Shown here piece by piece: positions 19,568 to 28,200 of a stretch of 64,000 nucleotides of DNA. The translations under genes were made by a program, and so were the position numbers. Location of the stretch: assembly GCA_016779995.1 (NCBI GenBank), contig JADHMO010000001.1:283411-347410 (forward strand), given 5' to 3'. The notes below the pieces were generated by a model, which was not told the origin of the DNA, did not search any database, and was given only the letters and a program-made list of their open reading frames with translations. This DNA comes from Flavobacteriales bacterium. GTDB lineage: Bacteria; Bacteroidota; Bacteroidia; Flavobacteriales; UBA7312. Every line of letters begins with the position of its first letter. The stretch's first letter is position 1.

Positions 19568-20002
19568 ATGAGAATATTTTTGTTAATACCATTGACTTTA
19601 ATTTTACATTCCTGTGTTCCAGAAGAGGATAATTCTCCACAAATTATAGAAGAATTTTATCATATTAATCCGCCAAATTGGCTTTATGGAAGCTGGACTA
19701 GTGGTGTGGATAGTAATAAAGTTATATTACATATTAGCGAACATAACATTGAAGATGTTCAAGAAAATAGTTCTTATAACTTAAAAGATAGCTGCATCAT
19801 TAATAATTGGGAAACAGAAGAGAGTTTTATAATTTCAACAAAATATATTCTAAACATACCAAATTTTGGAGAGGACAAATCGTATAAGATGACTTTTAAT
19901 TACTTATCTAATACTGAATTTGAATTAGAACAAAACCTTATAATTTTTTCTGGAAATACAACAACAACTTTTGATACTACAAATATTTATAAAAGACAGT
20001 AA
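19568..20002 (+). CDS. hypothetical lipoprotein (tandem paralogue 2)
   Basis: 144 aa with the lipobox LHSC, the motif PPNWLYGSWTS, and a 2-nt gap to the previous gene. Confidence 0.6.
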   Translation: MRIFLLIPLTLILHSCVPEEDNSPQIIEEFYHINPPNWLYGSWTSGVDSNKVILHISEHNIEDVQENSSYNLKDSCIINNWETEESFIISTKYILNIPNFGEDKSYKMTFNYLSNTEFELEQNLIIFSGNTTTTFDTTNIYKRQ

Positions 20003-20449
20003 TATAAGGCCACCAAAAATTTGGCAAGGTCATTTTTATAGCTTTTTATGCTGGAGGGGGCATAACGTTGTAAACGAAGTTTTACTTCAAAGTCGGAAAG
20101 TAGCTTGTTGGTGTTGAAACACATAACATTCGCTTTAAGGAAATTAAAATACGCTATTAATAAAGCTTAACTTATTGATTTTCAAAAGAATACCAAAAGA
20201 ATACTAAAATGGATATACGACACTCATAATGATTGGATTTACGTAATGCATATATTTAGGTGTTGTACACAAGCTGATCCAGCCGCATATTTTAGCACAT
20301 TTACAAATCGCTCAAGCCAGCCCATATTCCAAATTTGTAAAAGAGTGCAACCCCCTATCCACTCTCGAAAACGGAGTATACTTTTATATTTGTAGAAGCC
20401 CTACTTAAAAATAATTTTAATATTTTCTTGGTAATTTAGATATTATTCG

Positions 20450-20457
20450 TATATTTG
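20450..20457 (+). promoter_or_regulatory. -7 box TATATTTG, candidate promoter of the seven-gene type I R-M operon
   Basis: Perfect TAnnTTTG match. It overlaps the TTG start proposed by the ORF track, which suggests the real start is the in-frame TTG at 20491. Confidence 0.35.
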
Positions 20458-21048
20458 TACTCGTTGTACTTAAATATAAATACTCATAGATTGAAAAAGG
20501 AACTAAAACATATTACCAAAATTCAAACAGGAGTCTTCGCTAAGACTGTTGCAAAAGGCGATATAACTTATCTGCAACCTAAGTATTTTGACGAACTAGG
20601 TAAGCTTACCGTAAACTTGGAGCCTGACTTAAATTCAGTTGGCGTCTCAGAGAAGCATATCCTAAAACAGGGAGATATAATATTTGCTGCTAAAGGCTCA
20701 AAAAACTTTGCCTTTCATTTTAAACTGCAAGAGCTAGCTGCAGCTGCATCCACTTCATTTTTTGTTATCAAAATACATGATGAATCTGTTCTTCCAGAAT
20801 ATTTAACCTGGTACCTGAACCATCAAAACACAATGAAGTATTTAAAGTCATTTGCTAGAGGGACTTCTATCCCCTCTATATCTAAAGATGTACTTAATAA
20901 CCTAGAAATCATGATACCCGCAATCGAAAAACAAAAACTCATTTATAAGATAGACAACCTACGATCTAAAGAGAGACAAATAACAATGGATATTCTTTCG
21001 CTCAAGCAAGCACTGAATCAACAACAACTTTTTAACGAAATAAAATAA
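20455..21048 (+). CDS. hsdS: type I restriction-modification specificity subunit, half-size (single target-recognition domain)
   Basis: 197 aa or fewer. It has one TRD followed by one conserved helical region (IPAIEKQKLIYKIDNLRSKERQI). The start is non-ATG and uncertain (20455 or 20491). There is a 5-nt gap to hsdM. Confidence 0.65.
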   Translation: MYSLYLNINTHRLKKELKHITKIQTGVFAKTVAKGDITYLQPKYFDELGKLTVNLEPDLNSVGVSEKHILKQGDIIFAAKGSKNFAFHFKLQELAAAASTSFFVIKIHDESVLPEYLTWYLNHQNTMKYLKSFARGTSIPSISKDVLNNLEIMIPAIEKQKLIYKIDNLRSKERQITMDILSLKQALNQQQLFNEIK

Positions 21049-21053
21049 TCACA

Positions 21054-22625
21054 ATGGATAAGACGATAACTCAAAAAGACATCAATAATGCCGTGTGGAA
21101 AGCCTGCGACACCTTTAGAGGCAGCATAGACCCTAGCGTCTATAAAGACTATGTACTTACTATGCTCTTCATAAAATACTTAAGTGATGTGCATGATGAT
21201 AAGTATAAAGCGTACTTAGAGAAATACAACGGAGACGCTGAGCGAGCTTCGCGCGCCATGCGTCACGAACGATTCGTAGTACCAGAACACAGTCACTTTA
21301 AATTTCTGTACGATAGTCGGAACGAATCCAATATAGGAGAACTCATCAACATTGCTTTGACCGATTTAGAGGAAGCTAACCGAGAAAAACTATACAGTGA
21401 AGACGGTGCTGGGATCTTCCAAAACATTGACTTCAACAACAGCAAACTAGGTGAGCCAAAAGACAAAAACACACGTCTTAAAAACCTGCTTTTAGATTTT
21501 AATTCCGAGAAGTTGGATCTACGCCCATCACACCTAGATGGTAACGATATTATTGGTGGTGCTTACGAATACCTAATTGCAAATTTCGCCAGTGATGCTG
21601 GTAAAAAAGCGGGTGAATTTTTTACGCCAGCCGAAGTCTCTACCCTACTTGCTAAGCTTACCAAGTCTAAACCAGGTTCTCGTATAGCAGATATTACATG
21701 TGGCTCGGGATCACTACTTATTAAAGCTGGACAAGAAGTTGGCTCACCTAACTTTTCTCTATATGGACAAGAAGCCAATGGTAGTACATGGGCACTTGCC
21801 GTTATGAATATGTTCTTGCATGGATTCGACAATGCGACAATTCGTTGGGGAGACACTATACGTAACCCCAAACTAAAGGAAGGTGATGAGCTCATGAAGT
21901 TCGACACGGTAGTTGGGAATCCGCCCTTTTCTTTGGATAAATGGGGAAAGACTGATGACAAAGAAGAAGATAAAGCAGCCGACAGCTTTGATCCAGAAAC
22001 TGATCAATACAACAGATTCTGGAGAGGTGTTCCACCTAAAAGTAAAGGAGATTGGGCTTTTATAACCCATATGATTGAAACCACCTATGAAGGCACAGGT
22101 AAAGTGGGCGTAGTAGTACCGCATGGTGTTTTGTTTAGAGGGGCAAGCGAAGGAAAGATCAGAAAAAAACTCATTGAAGAAAATCTGCTTGAAGCGGTAA
22201 TTGGCTTACCAGCCAACCTATTTTTTGGAACGGGTATACCAGCTGCCATTTTAATTTTTAATCGTGGAAAAGGAGACAATACACATGTGCTATTTGTGGA
22301 CGCAAGCGAATGCTATGAATCCGCTAAAAACCAAAACAGGCTGCGTTTGGAAGAAGACATTACTCCTATTGTCGAAACCTATGAGCAATTTAACAAAGGG
22401 CAATTACAACCAGGTGTAGCTAAAGAGAAATATAGCTATGTAGCCACATTTGATGAAATAGCCGAAAACGACTTTAACCTCAATATACCACGATATGTTG
22501 ACACTTTTGAGGAAGAGGCTGAAGTAGATATTGCTTCAGTGCAAAAAGAGATTATTGAACTAGAAGGTGAATTGAAAACAGTTCAAGAGGATATCAATAG
22601 ACATCTAAATCAGTTAGCACAATGA
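21054..22625 (+). CDS. hsdM: type I R-M N6-adenine DNA methyltransferase subunit M
   Basis: 523 aa. It has an HsdM N-terminal domain, the AdoMet motif DITCGSGSLL, and the catalytic motif GNPPFS. Confidence 0.95.
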   Translation: MDKTITQKDINNAVWKACDTFRGSIDPSVYKDYVLTMLFIKYLSDVHDDKYKAYLEKYNGDAERASRAMRHERFVVPEHSHFKFLYDSRNESNIGELINIALTDLEEANREKLYSEDGAGIFQNIDFNNSKLGEPKDKNTRLKNLLLDFNSEKLDLRPSHLDGNDIIGGAYEYLIANFASDAGKKAGEFFTPAEVSTLLAKLTKSKPGSRIADITCGSGSLLIKAGQEVGSPNFSLYGQEANGSTWALAVMNMFLHGFDNATIRWGDTIRNPKLKEGDELMKFDTVVGNPPFSLDKWGKTDDKEEDKAADSFDPETDQYNRFWRGVPPKSKGDWAFITHMIETTYEGTGKVGVVVPHGVLFRGASEGKIRKKLIEENLLEAVIGLPANLFFGTGIPAAILIFNRGKGDNTHVLFVDASECYESAKNQNRLRLEEDITPIVETYEQFNKGQLQPGVAKEKYSYVATFDEIAENDFNLNIPRYVDTFEEEAEVDIASVQKEIIELEGELKTVQEDINRHLNQLAQ

Positions 22626-23767
22626 TGAATCGTGAAATTCCTTCAGATTGGAGCTATAAAAAATTAGGTGATATTGTCAAATTTCTTGACGGAAAAAGAA
22701 AGCCGATAAAAGAAGCTGATCGTCAAAAAATGAAAGGACCTTACCCTTATTATGGTGCTTCTGGCATCATTGATTATGTAAACGATTACATATTTGATGA
22801 TGATTTAATCTTACTCGGAGAGGATGGAGCTAACATTCTAAGCAGAAGTACGCCACTAGCCTTTAAAATATCTGGAAAAACTTGGGTAAATAATCATGCC
22901 CATGTCCTTAAGCCAATCAACGGAACGGTTCTAGGTTATTTGGTGGAATACCTCGAAAGTATAAGGTATGAAAAATACAATACGGGGCCGGCACAACCTA
23001 AGTTGAACAAAGCAGTTTGTGAAACTATCCCAGTTTTATATCCACCTATTTCCGAACAATTAGCCATAGCCAAGGCCTCCGAGACAATGGACAAAGCCAT
23101 AAACGGCAACAACCAACTCATAGCGCAAAAAGAGTTGCGTAAAAAATGGCTGATGCAAAATTTGCTCACAGGTAAAAAACGTTTGAAGGGTTTTCGTGGT
23201 GATTGGAAAGAGTATCAATTAGGCCAAATGTTTGCGGAGAGAAATGAACGTAACAATGATGGATTTGCGCTTTTATCTATTGGACAGAATGGAGTTTATC
23301 CGCAAGAAGATTCTATTAAAAAAGATACTTCCAACTCTGACAAATCGAAATACAAAAAGATCTGTATCGGTGACATCGGCTACAACACTATGCGCATGTG
23401 GCAAGGTCGAAGTGCTTTGTCAAATTTAGAAGGAATTGTAAGTCCTGCATATACCATTCTAAAACCAAGAGAGAATGCAGACGCATTGTTCTTTTCATAC
23501 CTATTCAAAACACCTAAGCTTGTCAACTTATTTTGGAGAAACTCTCAAGGTTTGGTTGGTGATACCCTTAACTGTAAGTACAAAGATTTCTCAATAGTAA
23601 AAACCATGCTGCCTCTAAAGGACGAGCAGATTGCTATCGCTCAAATCTTACAAACAACAGACAGGGAACTTGATCTGCTCAGGGCAAAAACCGACAAGCT
23701 TAAAGAACAGAAAAAAGGAATGATGCAGGTATTGCTGAGTGGTAAAAAACGACTAAAAATTAATTAA
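22622..23767 (+). CDS. hsdS: type I R-M specificity subunit S (two TRDs)
   Basis: 381 aa. The conserved regions are duplicated (ISEQLAIA...LLTGKKRLKGF and KDEQIAIA...LLSGKKRLKIN). It overlaps hsdM as ATGA. Confidence 0.9.
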   Translation: MMNREIPSDWSYKKLGDIVKFLDGKRKPIKEADRQKMKGPYPYYGASGIIDYVNDYIFDDDLILLGEDGANILSRSTPLAFKISGKTWVNNHAHVLKPINGTVLGYLVEYLESIRYEKYNTGPAQPKLNKAVCETIPVLYPPISEQLAIAKASETMDKAINGNNQLIAQKELRKKWLMQNLLTGKKRLKGFRGDWKEYQLGQMFAERNERNNDGFALLSIGQNGVYPQEDSIKKDTSNSDKSKYKKICIGDIGYNTMRMWQGRSALSNLEGIVSPAYTILKPRENADALFFSYLFKTPKLVNLFWRNSQGLVGDTLNCKYKDFSIVKTMLPLKDEQIAIAQILQTTDRELDLLRAKTDKLKEQKKGMMQVLLSGKKRLKIN

Positions 23768-24223
23768 ATGAAAATACTCGGAATAAGAAACTCACCTAAG
23801 GTCATACGGTTTTGCATCTTAGATGGAAATGCAACCAGCTTCTCTTTTTCAAATGCAAACGGAGAAAATAAAATAGATCTACCTAAATCCTTGAAGACTG
23901 AAGCTGAAATCTATCAATGGGTTAAAAGTGAATTCAACCGTTTGTTTGATAAATATGGGCCTTTTGACCATATGGCAATAAAGCAAAATGAAAATGTACC
24001 CACTAGGTACAGCAGTGTAAAGCCTGTCATGTTTCTAGATTGTATTGCCTGTCTAGTGGCAATAGACAATAACACGCCTTTTTCGTCTCATTTATACACC
24101 TCATTGGGTACAAAGAGTAAAGAAGTAGTAAAACATATTGAATCACAAGTTTCAAAGAGCAACACCCATTGGGACAGCAAAATGGCTGACGCAGTTGTAG
24201 CAGCAATAAAAAATATACAATAG
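23768..24223 (+). CDS. hypothetical 151-aa protein; by eye a RuvC/RNase H-like fold lacking most catalytic acidic residues
   Basis: The ATG directly abuts the hsdS TAA stop. A by-eye alignment to E. coli RuvC pairs ILGIRNS with ILGIDPG, MAIKQ with AIEQ, and [10 protein letters not shown] with DAADALAIAI. No signal peptide or transmembrane segment. Confidence 0.35.
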   Translation: [151 protein letters not shown]

Positions 24224-25288
24224 ATGAGTTTTAAAGCAGGAGATAACATATACAAATTCACTCTAATTAAGAAGTTAGGCGGCAATTTTGGTGAGGTTTG
24301 GCATGCGAAAGACAACAGCATTAATAAAGAAATTGCTCTTAAGATTCTTGAACCTGCTTTTGAACCCATTGCCAAATTATTAGACGAAGCGAGGATTGGA
24401 AACAAATTCAATCATCGTAACCTTCTTCCGATTCACTATGCTGATGTGGCATCTGTTGGCCCGAAGACTTACACACTAATTTCTCAAGAGTACTATCCAA
24501 ATGGGGATATCACTAATCAATTGAACACCCACAACTTTTTACCACTACCACAAGTGATGAGTGCTCTTCAAGATATTCTGTTTGGCTTGGAATATCTTCA
24601 TAATAGCGGGTTCTATCATAACGATATAAAGCCTGGTAATATATTGATGGACGATCAACAATCAGCAGTTCTTGCTGATTATGGAATTGCTGGATTTTCT
24701 CCAAGTATTACCCCAGTTACCCCTAAGAACTCGTATAAGGTTCATAGAGCACCTGAAACAAATGGCAGCTCTGCGAAAATCAGTATTCAATCCGACATCT
24801 TTCAGGTTGGCTGCACAGCGTATAGACTACTTAATGGCGTAAGTACTTTAAAAAATGAATTTATCACTCTTGGTGCTTCGGACTATGAAAATAAAAAAGC
24901 GAATGGAAAAATTCCAGATAGAAAATCGTACCAACCATTTGTTCCGAAGAAACTAAAAACCATCATCAACAAAGCGCTGAATGTTAATCCTGGTGACAGA
25001 TTCAATTCAGCCTTAGAGATGAGACGAAAACTAGAAAAACTTCACTTTCCGGGTTATTGGACAGCTGATAAAAAATCGAACCTAATTGGTGTTGGGAAAA
25101 AGTACTTATATCAATTTGTGGTAGTAGCACTACCTAAAGACCTTTTCAATTTCACGGCTACAAAAACCAATCAAAAAACAGGAAAAACAACGAAAATCGG
25201 TCAGTTCACTGTTAAGAAGAAGAGTGAGTTAGAAATGAATAAAATAAGAACTCAATTCATTGAATGGGTTGTAGAAAATGCAAGTTAA
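24224..25288 (+). CDS. Hanks-type (eukaryotic-like) Ser/Thr protein kinase with an ~80-aa C-terminal extension
   Basis: 354 aa. Motifs seen: Gly loop LGGNFGEV, the VAIK-like Lys in IALK (K40), catalytic loop HNDIKPGN (D134, N139), DYG in place of DFG (D152), APE (HRAPE), and DIFQVGC (subdomain IX). Confidence 0.85.
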   Translation: MSFKAGDNIYKFTLIKKLGGNFGEVWHAKDNSINKEIALKILEPAFEPIAKLLDEARIGNKFNHRNLLPIHYADVASVGPKTYTLISQEYYPNGDITNQLNTHNFLPLPQVMSALQDILFGLEYLHNSGFYHNDIKPGNILMDDQQSAVLADYGIAGFSPSITPVTPKNSYKVHRAPETNGSSAKISIQSDIFQVGCTAYRLLNGVSTLKNEFITLGASDYENKKANGKIPDRKSYQPFVPKKLKTIINKALNVNPGDRFNSALEMRRKLEKLHFPGYWTADKKSNLIGVGKKYLYQFVVVALPKDLFNFTATKTNQKTGKTTKIGQFTVKKKSELEMNKIRTQFIEWVVENAS

Positions 25289-28200
25289 TATGGATACACC
25301 TAGCTTTAAAGAAGACCATATCAGCCAGATTCCTGCTTTACAATTATTGCAAAATTTAGGCTACAAATACCTCACTCCAGATGAGGCCATGCAATACAGA
25401 GGCGGTAAAGCAACTCAGGTGATACTTGAGGATATTTTACGCAAGCAGCTAAAAGAAATCAACTCCATCAAAATTGGTAGTAAAAGAGAAGAACGGTTCT
25501 CTTCTGGTAATATAGAAATGGGTATTCGCGCATTAAAAGAACTCCCCATGAATGAAGGTTACATTAATGCCTGTGAAACAACCTACAACCTTCTTACCCT
25601 GGGCAAAGCGCTTGAGCAAAGTATTGATGGTGACAAGAAAAGTCATACGCTGCGCTATGTAGATTGGGAAAACATTGAAAATAACGTGTTCCATGTAACG
25701 GAAGAGTATAGTGTGATGCGCAGTACCAGCAAAGACCACTACCGCCCAGATTTGGTGTTATTTGTTAACGGTATTCCTATTTCAATTATTGAATGTAAAC
25801 GTCCTGATATGAAAGAGCCTTTAAAACAGGCCATCAGTCAGCACCTCAGAAACCAACAAGCAGATGGAATTAGAGGTTTATATGTCTATTCTCAACTATC
25901 CTTAAGTATTGCAACCCAAGAAGCTTCGTATGCCACAAATGCAACTCCCGAAAAGTTTTGGTCTAAATGGCAAGAAAAATTTGATTCGGAATCTGAAGAA
26001 AATGAATACAACAGGAAATTATTGGAGCTGAAGAACCAACCACTATCAACTGATGAAAAGGACAAACTATTCTCTGATCGGTTTAGATATGTGAGACAAT
26101 ATTTTGATGCACTTGAAAAGGAAGAAATCCTTCCAACAATTCAAGATCAGTACCTCTACGGTCTATGCCGTCCTGAGCGATTAATGGATCTAATTTTCAA
26201 TTTTATACTTTTCGATAATGGCACTAAGAAAGTAGCTCGCTATCAACAATATTTTGCCATCAAAAAATCGACAAAGCGTATTCAGCACTTAGAAGGTGGC
26301 AGCAGACAAGGAGGTGTAATTTGGCATACACAAGGAAGCGGAAAATCACTTACCATGGTGATGCTTGCTCAGGCTATAGCTATGGATAAAAGCATCCGCA
26401 ACCCTAAAATTATTCTGGTAACGGATAGAACCGATTTGGACAGACAAATTACTGGGACATTTAGAAAATGTGGTCGCTTTGTAGAGAATGCTTCTACTGG
26501 ACAACGGCTTGTGGAGTTGCTAGAAAGCAAAAGTGATGCAGTTTTAACCACTATCATCAACAAGTTTGTGGCTGCAATGAAAAAGATCAGAAAACCTCTT
26601 GATAGCCATGATATTTTTGTATTAGTAGATGAAGGTCACAGATCGCAAAACGGAACTTTCAATATTGAAATGCAAAAGACATTACCAAATGCATGTTTTA
26701 TTGCTTTAACCGGAACTCCCCTATTCAAAAAGGATAAAAGCACAGCTGCTAAGTTTGGAGGAATTATTGACGCCTATACAGTAGATCAAGCTGTAAAAGA
26801 CAAGGCCGTTGTGCCACTTTTATATGAGGGTCGTTTGGCAAAACAAACGGTAAATGCTAGTCCTTTAGATACTTTTTTTGAGATGGTTTCAGAACCATTA
26901 ACAGAATATCAGAAAGCTGATTTTAAGAAAAAATTTAGTCGTGCTGATCAATTGAACAGTGCGGAACAAAAGATATATGCCGTTGCATGGAATATTAGTC
27001 TTCATTTCAAAGAAAACTGGCAAGGGACTCCCTTCAAGGCACAGCTAGTTTGTGATAAAAAGATTAATGCGGTTCGATATAAAGAGTTTCTTGATGAAAT
27101 TGGAATAGTTACAAGCGAAGTTCTCATATCCGCTCCAGATGATCGTGAAGGGGAAGACAGTGCTTTTGGGAAATCACCTGAAAAAGTAAATCAATTCTGG
27201 AAACGGATGCTAGATGAACATGGCAATTCGAAAACTTACGAGAAGAATGTCATTAGTCGATTTCAAAACCAAGAAAACCCAGAGATTATTATTGTAGTGG
27301 ATAAACTATTAACTGGTTTTGATGAACCAAAGAATACGGTTCTTTATTTGACCCGAAACCTGCATAGTCATAAGCTTCTACAAGCCATTGCCCGTGTTAA
27401 TCGAGTTTATCCTGATAAAGAGTTTGGCTACATCATTGATTACTACGGAGTAATTGAAAACCTAGATGATGCGCTAACAATGTACTCATCTTTTGAGGAT
27501 TTTGATGCAGACGATTTAGAAGGCACCCTAATCAATATCAGCGAAGAAATTCAAAAGCTTCCTCAAAAGTATTCCGAGTTATGGGATATTTTCAAGACTA
27601 TAGCTAACAAACGTGATGCAGAAGCCTATCAGCTATTGTTAAAAGATAAAGCTATAAGAGTTGTATTCTACGATAAGCTTGCCGCCTTTGCAAAAGGGCT
27701 AAAACTAGCCTTATCAACGATGCAATTCCATAAAGAGGTAGACGAAAAAACAATTGATCGCTATAAAGAAGACTTGGCGATGTTCATGAAGTTAAGGATG
27801 GCAGTTGTGGAGCGATACTCAGACACAATTGATTACAAACAATACGAAGGGCAAATTCAAAAACTCATTGATACGCATATCACCACAGAAAAGGTAGAAG
27901 TTATAACTGAACTCGTAAATATTTTTGATAAAGAGAAATTCCAGCAAGAAGTAGAGAACACAACTGGAAAAGCAGCTAAAGCGGATAAAATTGCAAGTAG
28001 AACTGCAAAGCACATTTCCGAGAAAATGGATGAAGATCCTGCTTTCTACAAGAAGTTTTCTCAAATGTTATCAGAGACAATTGCAGAATACGAAGAAAAG
28101 AGAATCAATGAGGCTCAATATTTGAGTAAAGTCCAAGAAATAATGGAAAATGTACTCGCGCATACTGATAGCGACATACCTGAAAGTTTGCAGCAAAGGG

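Noticed and set aside
20455-23767. Phase-variable hsdS shufflon (two hsdS genes)
   Set aside because: The two hsdS genes are in the same orientation, share no obvious long nucleotide repeats, have different conserved regions, and no recombinase/invertase gene is nearby.
21563-24704. Antisense and alternative-frame ORFs within hsdM, hsdS, the 151-aa gene and the kinase gene (21563-21961, 21873-22124, 22085-22279, 22936-23169, 23232-23429, 24088-24411, 24513-24704)
   Set aside because: Each overlaps a motif-supported gene, and none has a plausible start context or recognisable domain.
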